Positions 37,757-48,825 of a stretch of DNA of 64,000 nucleotides are shown here, piece by piece (positions within the stretch are counted from its first letter, which is position 1; every line of letters starts with the position of its first letter). The notes under the pieces were generated by a model. It did no database searches and was not told the origin of the DNA. It saw only the letters and a list, made by a program, of their open reading frames with translations. The stretch spans positions 1 to 64,000 of the forward strand of contig JBDHLD010000014.1 of assembly GCA_039586035.1 (NCBI GenBank), in the 5' to 3' direction. The position numbers and the translations under genes were made by a program. The stretch comes from Gemmatimonadota bacterium. GTDB lineage: Bacteria > Gemmatimonadota > Gemmatimonadetes > Longimicrobiales > Gaopeijiaceae.

Positions 37757-39550
37757 TCACTCCACGACCCTGAGCGTGCGGTGGACGGCCATGGTGGAGC
37801 GTCCCGGCAGCTCGAGCTCGAGCGTGAGGCGGTACCGGCCGGGGCCGAGGGCGGTGAGGTCTACGTCCGTGGCCCGAAACTCACGGCGAGCACCTCCCCC
37901 GCCCTGCTCGCTCCACGAAACCTGCACCTCGGGCCCCCCACCGAAAAGGCCCAGGAGCGAGCCCACCTTCTCCGCCAGGCCCCGGTCGCGCTTCACGACG
38001 GTGAGCCGATAGGCCATGCTCACGGCTTCGGGGCCGAGCCCGGTCACTTCCCAGGCGACGCCGAGGGGTTGTCCGGGCAGAATGGCGTTCCCCGGCCAGG
38101 CCTGGTCGATGGCCGCTGCTAGAGTCTCGGGCATACCGGGACCGGCGTCGAGAAGCAGTGCGTCGGAGAGGGCAGGAACGTCGGGCGGCAGCGTGTCGGC
38201 CACCAGTCCCAACCTCGTCCGGCTGGCGCGCCCGAGCTTCGAGGTCAGGCTCTCTACCGAAGCCAGGTAGGAGCCGGCCGGCACCTGGAGGGACAGGCGT
38301 CCCACGGGCCCCGCCGTGCTGGTGGCCGCGTGGATGGCCCCACCGGTCTCCGGCAGCAGGAAGAGGCCCGCCTCCACCGCCTGATCGGGGGGTACGTCCG
38401 AGTCCAGGCGCCGGAGCAGGGCACCGGCGGGTCGGTCGTCGTCCTCCGGCGGCGTCATTCTGTACGCGGCCACCACAAGCACCGAGTCGCCGCGCCAGAA
38501 GCGGGCGATCTGGACGGCCGCGCGGGTCGCCACGGGGGCGTAGAGGGGCGCGTACGCACTCCTCGGCCGATCCGGAGACAGCTCCCAGGCTTCCTCGTCC
38601 GATGCCGCGGGCCGGGCGATCGCCGCCGCAGGCGGCATGTAGGTCAAGGATTCGGGGTGATGGTGGCCCACGACGCCAGTGCTCCGGGACTCGCCGGGAC
38701 CGGCGCGCGTGCGCTCCCAACCCACCTCCCAGCCGTACCGGACCAGCAGCTCCTCGAGGTCCGGGCCCCACGACATGCCATACGCCGATCGGCTGTCCGA
38801 CCGGATGCGGGACACCGTGTGCCGAGCGTAGTGCTCGGTGAGGCGATCGTTGCCGGACTTCAGGAAGAAGGGATCGGCGAGCTGCCAGGCCCGCTCCACG
38901 AGACGGTCGGGGGGGAGGGTGTCGTGTGCGTCCCGTAGGACGTTCCCCCGGTCCTCGAGCAACGGCGACGGGTCCCGCCATCGACCCGCCAACTCGGGAC
39001 TCATGGCGGCCAGCGCCGCATCGAAGGCCCGCTCGGCGTCCACGAAGCGTTGGGCTCCGTGGTAGGCGAGCCCCCGGAGAGCGTCACACCATCCCCGCTG
39101 CCCGCCGTGACACGCATCGGCGACGTGGACGGCCTCGGTCCACCGGCCGACCTCGCCCAGGTAGAAGATCCGTTGCCCGGTGATCCAGGTGTCACCCGGA
39201 ATCCGCTCACCGGCAATCCGCAGCTCCCCGAGCAGCTGCTCCCGGGCCGCACGGATCTCGGGAGACTCCGGAACCGGCTCCCAGTCGCCCTCGCCATGTC
39301 GCATGCACATGCGGCCGATGACCTCGTCGCACTGGCCGCCCCAGCTTCCCCACGTCGAGGGCAGGTGCAGTCGACGATACCGTTCGAAGCGTGTCTGGGC
39401 GCCGCGGGCTCGGTCACGGACCTCGGCTGAATCCACCGCCTCGGGGACCGCGGTGAGGTGGAGGGCATCCTGACCGGCTACCGACGTCGAGGCGAGCGGG
39501 ACCGCGGTCAGCAGGCTGAGTGACGCGACGAGGGCCAGTGGGCTCTGCAT
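37757..39550 (-). CDS. Hypothetical secreted protein (597 aa, signal peptide)
   Basis: N-terminal signal peptide (LALVASLSLLTAVPLASTSVAG); no family recognised with confidence. Coding-like composition along its full length. Confidence 0.55.
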   Translation of the reverse strand: MQSPLALVASLSLLTAVPLASTSVAGQDALHLTAVPEAVDSAEVRDRARGAQTRFERYRRLHLPSTWGSWGGQCDEVIGRMCMRHGEGDWEPVPESPEIRAAREQLLGELRIAGERIPGDTWITGQRIFYLGEVGRWTEAVHVADACHGGQRGWCDALRGLAYHGAQRFVDAERAFDAALAAMSPELAGRWRDPSPLLEDRGNVLRDAHDTLPPDRLVERAWQLADPFFLKSGNDRLTEHYARHTVSRIRSDSRSAYGMSWGPDLEELLVRYGWEVGWERTRAGPGESRSTGVVGHHHPESLTYMPPAAAIARPAASDEEAWELSPDRPRSAYAPLYAPVATRAAVQIARFWRGDSVLVVAAYRMTPPEDDDRPAGALLRRLDSDVPPDQAVEAGLFLLPETGGAIHAATSTAGPVGRLSLQVPAGSYLASVESLTSKLGRASRTRLGLVADTLPPDVPALSDALLLDAGPGMPETLAAAIDQAWPGNAILPGQPLGVAWEVTGLGPEAVSMAYRLTVVKRDRGLAEKVGSLLGLFGGGPEVQVSWSEQGGGGARREFRATDVDLTALGPGRYRLTLELELPGRSTMAVHRTLRVVE

Positions 39551-39569
39551 GTACTCCTTTCCTGCGAAA

Positions 39570-39641
39570 TTGCCCCCCCAGGACTCGAACCTGGACCAAG
39601 GGTTCCAAAGACCCTTGTGCTGCCGTTACACCAGGGGGCAG
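39570..39641 (-). tRNA. tRNA-Gln (anticodon UUG)
   Basis: Minus strand UGCCCCCUGGUGUAACGGCAGCACAAGGGUCUUUGGAACCCUUGGUCCAGGUUCGAGUCCUGGGGGGCA. D-arm GUGU/GCAC with a GG loop. Anticodon stem AGGGU/ACCCU with loop CUUUGGA. T-arm CCAGG-UUCGAGU-CCUGG. My hand fold of the acceptor stem is one G short of perfect, so boundaries are +/-2 nt. Confidence 0.75.
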
Positions 39642-39825
39642 TCGTGATCGACCCGCGCCTGCGCCGCGCTCCGGCCACGGCGCTCGGACCTTCCTGCTCG
39701 AGGGAGCTCGTCCCGCGACTGCTCATCGCACCCCGACCGCGCGGCGATCGTGGCACCGCCGGTCTGGAAAAGGTAGCGTGCGGCGCCTTCCCGCTCCACT
39801 CGACTCGGCCCGCCCACCGGCCCAC

Positions 39826-40719
39826 TCACTGCCGAAACGCCGGCTCCGGCATGGAGAGCCGCGAGGTCGTGCGGATGAGCGTCACGCCGGGAAACCACTC
39901 CGCCATCCGAAGGGACGCCAGCTCACGCTGGCCCGGATCCTCGTAGACGGCGAAGACGGTGGAGCCGCTCCCTGCGAGCAGGCAGAGGAGAGGCTCCGTC
40001 TCGAGGAGCCTCGCGTGCAGCTCCCCGAGCGCCGGCTCCACGGTGAACACCGCGGGGTGAAAGTCGTTCTCCGCGACGCGGGCCAAGGAGGACCAGGACT
40101 CCAGCGCTTCCGGATGCAGGGCTCCGATCGGCGTCGCTGCACCCACGGCCGAGCGGGTTTCGTCCAGCGCCTCGAACGCCGCCGCGGTCGAGACGCTGAT
40201 CTCGGGCACGCACAGCAGGAAGTGGGCCTCGGGAAGCGGCGCGAGCGGCAGGAAGCGGTCGCCCCTACCCCAGGCCAACGCAACGGGAGACGGACTCAGG
40301 AAGAACGGCACGTCGGCGCCCAGGCCGGACCCTACGCGCGCCAATCGGTCGACGCCCAGCTCCCCTTCATACATCCAGTCCAGGGCCCTCAATACCGCGG
40401 CGGCATCGGAGGAGCCGCCGCCCAGGCCGCCTGCGGCCGGGATGTTTTTTTCCAGGTGGATCCGGATACCCTGGGTGATGTCGGCGGACTCCAGATATGC
40501 CCGGGCCGCCCGGTAGGCCAGGTTCTCCTCGGGCGGACAAGGCGAGGGCCCCGACACCTCGAGCGTGATACCCTCCCCCGCCGGGGCGACTTCCACGGCG
40601 TCACCGAAGTCGAGGGCCGCGAAGACCGTCTCCAGCTGGTGGTAGCCCGACTCTTCCCGCGCCATCACCCGCAGACGCAGGTTGACTTTGGCCGGCGCCT
40701 CCAGCCGGACGACCTTCAC
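39826..40719 (-). CDS. ispE: 4-diphosphocytidyl-2-C-methyl-D-erythritol kinase
   Basis: GHMP-kinase motifs (PAKVNLRLRV, IPAAGGLGGGSSDAAAVL). The track's 437-aa ORF is over-extended. A GTG at 40719 overlaps the upstream gene's TGA (GTGA) and gives (M)KVVRLEAPAKVNL. Confidence 0.85.
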   Translation of the reverse strand: MKVVRLEAPAKVNLRLRVMAREESGYHQLETVFAALDFGDAVEVAPAGEGITLEVSGPSPCPPEENLAYRAARAYLESADITQGIRIHLEKNIPAAGGLGGGSSDAAAVLRALDWMYEGELGVDRLARVGSGLGADVPFFLSPSPVALAWGRGDRFLPLAPLPEAHFLLCVPEISVSTAAAFEALDETRSAVGAATPIGALHPEALESWSSLARVAENDFHPAVFTVEPALGELHARLLETEPLLCLLAGSGSTVFAVYEDPGQRELASLRMAEWFPGVTLIRTTSRLSMPEPAFRQ

Positions 40720-41813
40720 GAGCTCTCCGAGCGTGTCGGTCCGCCGGGCGGCGCGTCGTCCCGCGAACCCGTCGCCTCGGGGTGGGCGGCCTCGACAGCC
40801 TCCTCGACCCTGGTTTCGGCGGACCCGACCTCCTGCAGGGAGAGCCCCAACCGCCAAGCGTAGAAGAGGCCCAGCAGCGTCACCGGGAAGAAGCCACCGA
40901 GGTGGAAGCCGACCGCGTACGACAAAGCCTGGCCGACGGGGACTCCATAGACGTCGGACAGCGCCACGCGGGCCGCCAGGTGCCACGTACCGAAGAAGCC
41001 CGGGGCGCTGGGAATCGCCACGAAGAGCGCCACCGCCGACTGCACGAAGATCGCCGCGACGAAGCCCTCGTCGATTCCAAAGGCCAGGAAGGCCACCCAG
41101 AAGCCGAACGAGTTCCACAGCCAGAGGAAGAGGGACCACGCCACCGCCTGCACCAGCAAGCGCGGGCTCTGCAGCACCCCCAGTCCCTCCAGGAAGGCCT
41201 CGAGGGCGTCCACGATCAGTCGGGACAGATTCCCTGGAAGCAGACGAGCGAACCGCTCCGCCAGCGCTACGACGCGCCGTGGCCAGATGAGCAGGACGAC
41301 GAGCCCGAGGAAGAGAACCGCAACCCCCACCGCACCGGCCCGGAGCGCGAGACCGAGAGTGCCGCCGTCCCCGGCGGCGTCCCTGGGGAAACCCGGGGAC
41401 ACCAACACGAGCCCCGTAAGGAGCAGGATTGTCATGGCGTCCAGAAACCGCTCGACCACCAGGGTCCCGAAGGCGCCCGAGGCCGTGGTCGGCGTCAAGC
41501 GGCTCAACGCATAGGCCCTGGCGAACTCACCGACCCTGGCGGGCAGGAGGTTGTTGGCCATGAAGCCGATGTTCACGGCTGCGAAGCGAGGCCCGAAGCC
41601 GGTGCCGGGCTGGACGGGCTCCAACAACACCTTCCAGCGCAAAGCCCGTATCGGGTAGGTCATGGTCACGATCACGACGGCGGCCAGGAGCAGCCACGGA
41701 TCGGCACGCCGGATGTCCGCGAGGATCGCTCCCAGGTCTTCGCCCCGGAACACGAACCAGAGCAGGACCAGGCTGACGAGGATCCCGACGACCGCCTTCC
41801 AATCGAGTTTCAT
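40716..41813 (-). CDS. Lysylphosphatidylglycerol-synthase-TM-region-like / flippase-like (UPF0104, MprF N-domain-like) membrane protein
   Basis: About 8 TM helices; ARVGEFARAYALS motif typical of the UPF0104 family. The ATG at 41813 (MKLDWKAVVGILV...) is preferred over the track's GTG at 41951, which would overlap pdxJ by ~90 nt. Confidence 0.6.
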   Translation of the reverse strand: MKLDWKAVVGILVSLVLLWFVFRGEDLGAILADIRRADPWLLLAAVVIVTMTYPIRALRWKVLLEPVQPGTGFGPRFAAVNIGFMANNLLPARVGEFARAYALSRLTPTTASGAFGTLVVERFLDAMTILLLTGLVLVSPGFPRDAAGDGGTLGLALRAGAVGVAVLFLGLVVLLIWPRRVVALAERFARLLPGNLSRLIVDALEAFLEGLGVLQSPRLLVQAVAWSLFLWLWNSFGFWVAFLAFGIDEGFVAAIFVQSAVALFVAIPSAPGFFGTWHLAARVALSDVYGVPVGQALSYAVGFHLGGFFPVTLLGLFYAWRLGLSLQEVGSAETRVEEAVEAAHPEATGSRDDAPPGGPTRSESS

Positions 41814-41862
41814 GACGATGCCCTGGGACGGCGTCTGGCTGGGTCGATCCGGGGAGAGGCCA

Positions 41863-42630
41863 CTAGTACCCCAACGGCGGCAGCCAGCGCCCAGGGTCCC
41901 GAACCATGGTGGGGGCCTGGCGCATGAGGTCCAGCATCTCCCGCACCGCACGCTCCATGCCCACGAGGACGGCCCGGGATACGATGCTGTGACCGATATT
42001 CAGCTCCTCGAGTCGAGGAAGCGCGGCCACCGGTGTCACGTTCTCGTACGTGAGACCATGTCCGGCGTGAACGTGGAGCCCCGCGTCGTGGGCCTTCCCG
42101 CCCGCTGCCGCCAGGCGCTCCAGCTGGCGTCCCCGAGCATCTCCCGACGCGTTGGCGTACTCCCCGGTGTGCAGCTCCACCGCGTGGGCGCCCAGCGCCG
42201 CCGCCACCTCGATGGCGTGGTCGTCGGGGTCGATGAACAGCGACGTGCGGATCCCGGCCTCCGTCAGGTTCCCGAGAGCGGTCTCCAGCGCATCACGGGT
42301 CGCCCCGGATTCCAGGTCCAGCCCTCCCTCGGTCGTGACCTCCTCCCGCTTCTCGGGCACGAGCGTCGCCTGGACGGGGGCCAGCGAGCAGGCGATCTCC
42401 ACCATCTCCGGATTCGCCGCCAGCTCCAGGTTCACGACCGTCCGCACCGTTTCCATGAGCAGGCGCACGTCCCGGTCGTCGATGTGACGCCGATCTTCGC
42501 GCAGGTGGACCGTGATGCCGTGGGCGCCGCCCAGCTCGGCCAGCACCGCCGCCCGCACGGGGTCCGGCTCGTCGGTCCGACGAGCCTGCCGCACGGTGGC
42601 CACGTGATCGATGTTTACGTAGAGCCTCAT
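41863..42630 (-). CDS. pdxJ: Pyridoxine 5'-phosphate synthase
   Basis: [25 protein letters not shown]...; TIM-barrel PdxJ signature throughout; 255 aa. Confidence 0.9.
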   Translation of the reverse strand: MRLYVNIDHVATVRQARRTDEPDPVRAAVLAELGGAHGITVHLREDRRHIDDRDVRLLMETVRTVVNLELAANPEMVEIACSLAPVQATLVPEKREEVTTEGGLDLESGATRDALETALGNLTEAGIRTSLFIDPDDHAIEVAAALGAHAVELHTGEYANASGDARGRQLERLAAAGGKAHDAGLHVHAGHGLTYENVTPVAALPRLEELNIGHSIVSRAVLVGMERAVREMLDLMRQAPTMVRDPGRWLPPLGY

Positions 42631-43499
42631 CGCTCCGCCTCGAATAGTTCCACCAGTGTCTGTGCGGTCGCGTCGTCCAACTCGGTGCCGCCCACCTCCA
42701 GCGCCGCGAGACCCACCGCGGCGTACATGCGCCGCTCCACCGGCTCCAGGGTCCGCAGGTGGAGCCGTACCGTGTCGAGGTCACCTCGCTGGACCGGGCC
42801 CGTCAGGGAGCTCAGCTCCTCGGAACCGGCGTAGCTGTGCACCGTGCCCTCCACCAACGTCTGCAAGGCCGACCTGGCCTCCGGACCGGGCACCCCCGCC
42901 CGCATCATGAGCTCTCGGCTCACGTCCAACAGCACCGTGACGTAGTTGGACGCCAGCACTGCCGCCGCGTGATAGAGCGGCCGCCGGATCGCAGGCACTT
43001 CCAGCCCCGGCGCGCCCAGGTGGGAGAGGAGACGGTAGGCGGTGCGCCGGGCCTGAGGCTCCCCCGCCACGGCGAAGTGGGCTCCCCGAAGGAGATCGGC
43101 ACCCGTCACCGGGTTCGAGAGAGACTGAAGCGGGTGAAGAGAACCCACCGAGTAGCCCCGCTCGTGCAAAGGAGCCAAGACGTCGGTTCGCAGGGCGCCC
43201 GAGACGTGAAACGCCGAACAGCCGTCCGGCGCGTCACCCAGGGCACCCAGGCGCAACGCAGTCTCCGCCACCGCGTCGTCCGGGACCGACAGGATGACGG
43301 CTGTCGTCCCGGCTCCGGGCCGCCGCAGGCCGTACACGTATCGAGCGGTGCCTTGAATGAAGAGCGGGTGCGCGGGCGGCTCCGGGCGACGGCCTGCGTA
43401 GACGAGGTCGACGGGAGCCTCCTGCGACAGGGCGTACCCCAGGGAGAGGCCCACGCGGCCGGGGCCCACGAAGAAGAGGTGCTCCCGATCAGGCGACAT
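42627..43499 (-). CDS. Rossmann-fold / DUF2520 domain protein (putative NAD(P)-dependent oxidoreductase)
   Basis: N-terminal GxGxxG ([12 protein letters not shown]) and a C-terminal DUF2520-like helical domain. Confidence 0.6.
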   Translation of the reverse strand: MSPDREHLFFVGPGRVGLSLGYALSQEAPVDLVYAGRRPEPPAHPLFIQGTARYVYGLRRPGAGTTAVILSVPDDAVAETALRLGALGDAPDGCSAFHVSGALRTDVLAPLHERGYSVGSLHPLQSLSNPVTGADLLRGAHFAVAGEPQARRTAYRLLSHLGAPGLEVPAIRRPLYHAAAVLASNYVTVLLDVSRELMMRAGVPGPEARSALQTLVEGTVHSYAGSEELSSLTGPVQRGDLDTVRLHLRTLEPVERRMYAAVGLAALEVGGTELDDATAQTLVELFEAER

Positions 43500-44802
43500 C
43501 GAGTACGGTGACTCCGGGGCGTCGCTGTAGACGGCTCACGGTGGGACTCGGGAGGCGGACCGTCACGCGAACGGTGGCGCCGTTGCTCGCCCGCTCCAAC
43601 ACCTCTCCCTCTCGGTACAAGGATGCCAGCGTCTCTCCATCACCCGCCGACAGGTCCAGCGTGACCTCCTGGAGGCGAGCCCGCATGCGCGCCCGCATGA
43701 CCGCCTTGAGCTCGTCGGCGCCGCCCGCGTCCAACGCCGAGACGAAGACGGCGGCGTGAGGCTCGAACGCCTGTGTTCGCTGGCGCAGCGCCGCCTCCTC
43801 GGTGTGCGTGAGCCGGTCGATCTTGTTGAACACGAGGATGCAGGGAACCTCAGAGAGGTCCAGCTCGGCCAAGACCTCGTCCACGACGGTGCGCTGCTCC
43901 TCTCGATCCGGATGAGACGCGTCAATTACGTGGAGTAGCAGGTCCGCCTCCCGAGCTTCCTCCAACGTAGACCGGAACGAGGCGATCAGATGGTGGGGCA
44001 GCTTCCGGATGAAGCCCACCGTGTCGGTCACCAGCGCCTCGAACCCGCTGCCGAGGTCCACGCTGCGCGTCGCGGAGTCCAGCGTGGCGAAGAGGCGATC
44101 CTCGACGAACAGGTCCGCTCCCGACATGGCCCGCAGGAGGGACGACTTGCCGGCGTTCGTGTACCCGACCAGTGCGGCCCGGTATTGACCCTCGCGTCTC
44201 TTCCTCTGAGTCGCCCTGGACCGGGCGACGACGGCGAGCTTCTTCTTGAGGTCCGCGATACGAAGCCCGATCAGCCGGCGATCGGTCTCGAGCTGCGTTT
44301 CACCAGGACCTCGGAGCCCGATTCCCCCCCGGATTCTGGAAAGGTGATTCCACATCCGGGTCAGGCGCGGAAGGAGGTACTCGAGCTGAGCCAGCTCGAC
44401 CTGCATCTTGGCCTCCCGCGTCCGGGCGCGGGTGGCGAAGATGTCCAGGATCAGCTCCGGGCGATCCATGATCCGCACGCCCACGACCTTCTCCAGGTTG
44501 CTGCCCTGCCGGGGAGACAGCTCCTCGTCGATGATGACCAGCGATGCGCCGGACGCCTCCACGGTAGCTCGGAGCTCTTCGGCCTTACCGCTGCCGATGT
44601 AGAGCGACGGGTTGGGCGCGTTGATCCGTTGCCTCACCACGGCCGCAACCTCACCTCCGGCCGTATCCGTGAGCCGCGCGAGCTCGTTCAGATGCTCCTC
44701 GGCGAGCCTGGGCTCGATGTCCTTGGTCGGCGCCCCGACCAGGACCACACGGTCGACGGGTGCTTTGTTGTCCAGAAGCTGCGTTGGAATCGTCTCCTCC
44801 AC
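43489..44802 (-). CDS. hflX: GTPase HflX
   Basis: HflX N-domain, G1 (GYTNAGKSSLL), G3 (DTVGF), G4 (NKID). Confidence 0.9.
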   Translation of the reverse strand: MEETIPTQLLDNKAPVDRVVLVGAPTKDIEPRLAEEHLNELARLTDTAGGEVAAVVRQRINAPNPSLYIGSGKAEELRATVEASGASLVIIDEELSPRQGSNLEKVVGVRIMDRPELILDIFATRARTREAKMQVELAQLEYLLPRLTRMWNHLSRIRGGIGLRGPGETQLETDRRLIGLRIADLKKKLAVVARSRATQRKRREGQYRAALVGYTNAGKSSLLRAMSGADLFVEDRLFATLDSATRSVDLGSGFEALVTDTVGFIRKLPHHLIASFRSTLEEAREADLLLHVIDASHPDREEQRTVVDEVLAELDLSEVPCILVFNKIDRLTHTEEAALRQRTQAFEPHAAVFVSALDAGGADELKAVMRARMRARLQEVTLDLSAGDGETLASLYREGEVLERASNGATVRVTVRLPSPTVSRLQRRPGVTVLDVA

Positions 44803-44820
44803 GCTGGTGACACGCCCCTC

Positions 44821-46302
44821 CTAAACCCCTATGTCGTCCTGGGTTTCCCCGCCGTCCGTCGGGGCCGGGCCGTCATGGACCTGATCCGGCGTCGCGAGGG
44901 CGGACGCCCTTCCTGCTCCCGCCTCGGCCTTCCGCCTCGCCCACCACTCGAGCCGCCTCGCGACTTCCTTCTCGAAGCCGAACGGCCCGGGCTCGTAGAA
45001 CCGGGTCCCGGCCAGAGCGTCAGGCAGGTACGCCTGCGGTGCAACGCCGCCCTCCTCGTCGTGGTCGTACCGGTACCCCCGGCCGTAGCCCAGCTCCTGC
45101 ATGAGCGACGTCGGCGCGTTCCTGATGTGCAGCGGCACGGGGGCCGAGGGGGTCTCCTTCGCGGCTCCGCGGGCGTCCTTCCACGCCCGATACACCCGGT
45201 TCGATTTGGGAGCCGTGGCGAGGTATACGGCCGCCTCCGCCAACGCCAGCTCGCCCTCCGGCGCGCCCAGGAAGTGGTACGCGTCCCGAGCAGCCAGGGC
45301 GATTCGGAGCGCCGCCGGATCGGCCAGCCCCACGTCCTCGGAGGCCATGCGGACGAGCCGGCGGGCCAGGTAGAGCGGGTCCTCCCCACCCTCGATCATC
45401 CGCGCCAGCCAATACAGAGCCGCGTCGGGATCGCTCCCGCGAACGGCCTTGTGCAGCGCCGAGACGAGGTTGAAGTGCTCTTCCCCGCTCTTGTCGTAGA
45501 TGGCGAACCGCGCGTGCAGCGCCTGGCGGACGGAATCGAGCCCGATGACGCTGCCGTCTTCGAGGAGTCCCGCGGCGGCCTCCAGGACGCCCAGGGCTCT
45601 GCGAGCGTCTCCGTCGGCGGACAGAGCCAGGAAGTCCAGGGCTTCGGGGGTCAGGGTGAGACGACGGGATCCGAGGCCTCGGGCCCGATCCGTCAGAGCG
45701 CGGTTCAGCACGCGTGTGATCGCTTCAGGCGCCAGCGGTTCCAGAACCAGCACCGGCGCCCGGGAGAGAAGCGGCCGGTTCACCTCGAAGCTGGGGTTCT
45801 CCGTCGTCGCGCCGATCAGGACGACGGTGCCGTCCTCCACGTGGGGGAGGAATGCGTCCTGCTGGGCCTTGTTGAACCGATGTATCTCGTCGCAGAAGAG
45901 GATGGTCCGGCGCCCCGTGGCGCGCTTGCGCTCCCGCGCCTCTCGAACGATCTCCCGGACGCGAGGGACGCCGCCGGTGACCGCGGAGAACGGAACGAAT
46001 GTCGCGTCGGTCCCGCCGGCCAGAAGACGGGCCAGGGTCGTCTTGCCGCTGCCGGGAGGGCCCCAGAAGATCATGCTGCTCAGCGCGCCGGTCTCGAGTT
46101 GGGCACGCAGCGGTTTCCCCGGACCCAGCAGCTTCTCCTGCCCCTCGAACTCGTCCAGGGACCGTGGCCGCATCCGAGCGGCAAGGGGGGCCGCCGAGTC
46201 TGACGGCAACGGCTGTTCGCCACCGGCACGGGCGGTTGTATCCGCGCCGCGAGGCGAGGCCGGGTCGGGTGCGTTGCCGCCGAAGAGGTCCAGCTCGCTC
46301 AT
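44821..46302 (-). CDS. rarA: Replication-associated recombination protein A (AAA+ ATPase RarA/MgsA)
   Basis: Walker [10 protein letters not shown], Walker [11 protein letters not shown], sensor motifs, MgsA C-terminal helical domains. ATG at 46302 (MSELDLFGG...). The track's 753-aa ORF is an upstream extension. Confidence 0.9.
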   Translation of the reverse strand: MSELDLFGGNAPDPASPRGADTTARAGGEQPLPSDSAAPLAARMRPRSLDEFEGQEKLLGPGKPLRAQLETGALSSMIFWGPPGSGKTTLARLLAGGTDATFVPFSAVTGGVPRVREIVREARERKRATGRRTILFCDEIHRFNKAQQDAFLPHVEDGTVVLIGATTENPSFEVNRPLLSRAPVLVLEPLAPEAITRVLNRALTDRARGLGSRRLTLTPEALDFLALSADGDARRALGVLEAAAGLLEDGSVIGLDSVRQALHARFAIYDKSGEEHFNLVSALHKAVRGSDPDAALYWLARMIEGGEDPLYLARRLVRMASEDVGLADPAALRIALAARDAYHFLGAPEGELALAEAAVYLATAPKSNRVYRAWKDARGAAKETPSAPVPLHIRNAPTSLMQELGYGRGYRYDHDEEGGVAPQAYLPDALAGTRFYEPGPFGFEKEVARRLEWWARRKAEAGAGRASALATPDQVHDGPAPTDGGETQDDIGV

Positions 46303-47621
46303 GCGCCCACCTCGTCGCCCCCGCCGTCGGGCTCGGCGGACTCCTCCTCCGCGAGCTCCTCCGCCATGGCCAGTAGGCGATCCGGGGTGTTCAGCGTCGG
46401 GTCGGCGAGCGCGCGGTCCAGAAGCGCGGCCAGAATCCGCCCGAAGGCCGGCCCTGGGCGAAGGCCGAGACCCATGAGATCTCGACCTCCGATGGCCAGT
46501 GCGTCCACGTTGAGTGGCGCCCCGCCGCGGAGTTCGCGCCTCGAGATTCTCCACACCTCCGGCAGGCCCGGCTCCGGCGGGGCCCCACCCCGCGCGGCTC
46601 GCACGCGTGCCCGCGCGGCCTCTACCCGGGCCCAGTCGGTCAGCCGGTTTGGCCCGATGCGCGCCAGCCACCGGCGAACCGCCTCGGCCTCCGCAGCGCC
46701 GGGGCCCCTCTCCAGAGCGTCCACCAGCTCGCTCACGTCCCGCGCCTCGGCGTTGGAGAAGCGGAGCCGCAGCAACACCTGGGCGGCCCCGACCTTGCCC
46801 ACGCCCTGGAGCACCGCGCCGAGGCGGAGGAGGGGCCGGACCATAGGGAGCAGATCCGCCGCCAACACGCCGACTGTCCACGGGTCCTCCGGGGCCGTTC
46901 CAGCCGCATCGAGCTTGTGGTCCAACTCGGGCACGAGCGTGGACAGCGCTCCGCTGGCGGCCAGGAGGCTCAGGGCTCCCGAGGGCTGCGGGTCGAGGGC
47001 CAAGACCTTCATGAGCTCGTCTCGGATCCGCTCCGCGGAGAGGCGCGGCAAGTGTTCGACTGCCTGGCACAGCGCCTGCCACGTGGCTGCGTCGGCTTCC
47101 AGCCGGTATCGCCCGGCAAATCGGAGAGCCCGGAGCACGCGAAGGTAGTCCTCGCTGAATCGGTCCGCCGGCTCTCCCACGGTCCTGAGCCGGCCCCGCT
47201 CCAGGTCCTCCAAGCCCTCGAAGGGATCCTTGAGCTCTTCTCGAAGCGGGTGCCAGGCCATGGCGTTGATGGTGAAGTCACGGCGAGCGAGGTCGTCGTC
47301 GACGTGATCCGCGAACTCCACCACGGCATGGCGGCCGAAGGTCTGTACGTCGCGTCGGAACGTGGTCACTTCGTACAGGGTGCCGTCGCGGGCCAGAATG
47401 CCCACGGTGCCGTGATCGACGCCGATGGGGACGGTTCTCTTGAAGAGTTGGCGTACCCGATCCGGGCGAGCCGCGGTGGCCAGGTCCCAGTCCTCGTGCT
47501 CGATCCGGAGGAACGCGTCACGGATCGCCCCGCCGACGGCCCACGTCTCATAGCCGGCCGACTCCAGGGTCCGGACGATCCACCGCACCGCAGGGGGTGC
47601 CGAGGGCTTCGCGAAAGTCAC
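46299..47621 (-). CDS. cca: CCA-adding tRNA nucleotidyltransferase / poly(A)-polymerase family (class II)
   Basis: Pol-beta-like NT motif ([16 protein letters not shown]), [21 protein letters not shown] at 47621 overlaps the upstream SDR gene's stop (GTGA). The track's 582-aa ORF is over-extended. Confidence 0.8.
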   Translation of the reverse strand: MTFAKPSAPPAVRWIVRTLESAGYETWAVGGAIRDAFLRIEHEDWDLATAARPDRVRQLFKRTVPIGVDHGTVGILARDGTLYEVTTFRRDVQTFGRHAVVEFADHVDDDLARRDFTINAMAWHPLREELKDPFEGLEDLERGRLRTVGEPADRFSEDYLRVLRALRFAGRYRLEADAATWQALCQAVEHLPRLSAERIRDELMKVLALDPQPSGALSLLAASGALSTLVPELDHKLDAAGTAPEDPWTVGVLAADLLPMVRPLLRLGAVLQGVGKVGAAQVLLRLRFSNAEARDVSELVDALERGPGAAEAEAVRRWLARIGPNRLTDWARVEAARARVRAARGGAPPEPGLPEVWRISRRELRGGAPLNVDALAIGGRDLMGLGLRPGPAFGRILAALLDRALADPTLNTPDRLLAMAEELAEEESAEPDGGGDEVGA

Positions 47622-48373
47622 CCCACCAGCACCGACCCGCCGTTGACATTGATGATCTCGCCGGTCACATGGCGGGCCAGAGGTGAGCACAGGAAGAGGA
47701 TCGGACCCGCCACGTCTTCCGCAGTGGCCACGAACCCCAGGGGGATCGCCGCCTCGATTTCGGCGAGGCGACCCGAGTGGAGCGCGTCCGCCGACATCTC
47801 GGTGTCCACCCAGCCGGGCGCGACCGCGTTGACCGTGATTCTCCGACTCCCGACCTCGACGCACAGGCCCTTGACCATGGAGATCAACGCTCCCTTGGTG
47901 GCCGCGTAATCTACGTGGAAGGCCTCGCCCCGCTGACCGGCGGTGGAGCTGACGACGACCATTGCCCCACCGTCGCGCATGCGGCCCAGCGCGGCGCGCG
48001 TCGTGTAGAAGACGGAGTCGAGATTCGCTCCGATCGTCTGGTGCCACTGGTCATCGGTCATATCCACCAGCGCCACTTCCTGGGGCGGCCAGATCGCGGC
48101 GTTGGCCACGAACAGGTCGAGACCACCGAATTCCCGGTCGGCCCGCTCGAACAGCCGATCCGCGTCGCTTCTCACGGAGAGGTCCCCGGGCTCGGCCCAC
48201 GCCCGAACGCCCAGTGATTGCAGCTCCGCCACTACAGCCTCGGCGTCGGCGGCGCGAGACCGATAGCCGATCCCCACAGAAGCGCCGGCCCTGGCCAGGA
48301 GACGAGCCGTGGCCGCGCCTATGCCCCGCGAGCCCCCCGTAACGATGGCTGTCCTGCCCGTCAGATCGATCAC
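47618..48373 (-). CDS. SDR-family oxidoreductase (FabG-like 3-oxoacyl reductase)
   Basis: TGGSRGIG cofactor motif, NAA, catalytic S...YxxxK (YAATKGAL); 251 aa with a GTG start at 48373. Confidence 0.8.
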   Translation of the reverse strand: MIDLTGRTAIVTGGSRGIGAATARLLARAGASVGIGYRSRAADAEAVVAELQSLGVRAWAEPGDLSVRSDADRLFERADREFGGLDLFVANAAIWPPQEVALVDMTDDQWHQTIGANLDSVFYTTRAALGRMRDGGAMVVVSSTAGQRGEAFHVDYAATKGALISMVKGLCVEVGSRRITVNAVAPGWVDTEMSADALHSGRLAEIEAAIPLGFVATAEDVAGPILFLCSPLARHVTGEIINVNGGSVLVG

Positions 48374-48405
48374 CGAATTCCCTCGCTTCGCGCCGGCTGC
48401 CTCTC

Positions 48406-48825
48406 TCAGGCGGGCATCCACTTGCCGCCCAGGACGTCCCGATGATGCCGCTCGGACTCCAGGATCTCCTCGAAGAGGGCCCGGGTGTCCGGATCGAGCC
48501 TGCCGGCCAGCAGCTGCTCGTACCACTCCACCTCTTCCCCCTCCCGAGTCCTGGCCGCGGACTCCCAACCCTCCAGCGGAACCTCCGGAACCGGACTCGC
48601 CGGCAGCTCGGCCGGCTCCCCGCCCAGCTCGAGCAGTCGAGCGGTCAGGCGCGACAGGTGGTGCTGCTCGTCGGCGTGCAACTCGTTGAGCCGCTCCGCG
48701 TCCAGGTCCTGGCCCTGGAGCTCGGCACGAGCGGCCAGGGCCCGGTAGAACCGGGTCTGGGCGCGCTCACGCGCTCGGCAGTGCTCCAGGGTCGCCACCA
48801 TCTCGGAGGTCCCGTCGTTGGTCAT
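48406..48825 (-). CDS. Ferritin-like / rubrerythrin-like di-iron-motif protein
   Basis: Two ExxH-type helices (ADEQHHLSRL, ESERHHRDVL) in a ~140-aa helical protein. Confidence 0.5.
   Translation of the reverse strand: MTNDGTSEMVATLEHCRARERAQTRFYRALAARAELQGQDLDAERLNELHADEQHHLSRLTARLLELGGEPAELPASPVPEVPLEGWESAARTREGEEVEWYEQLLAGRLDPDTRALFEEILESERHHRDVLGGKWMPA

Noticed and set aside
37757-39550. Assignment of the 597-aa secreted protein to the GWxTD-domain family.
   Set aside because: Only a loose resemblance (DPFF...G.DR...YG..WGPD). The namesake GWxTD motif is not present in the sequence.
39570-39641. Possibility that tRNA-Gln is a pseudogene because my hand-folded acceptor stem is one G short.
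   Set aside because: The D-arm, anticodon arm and T-arm (GGUUCGAGUCC) are all canonical. The discrepancy is most likely my hand-counting of the C/G runs or a 4-nt variable loop. tRNAscan-SE is needed to settle it.
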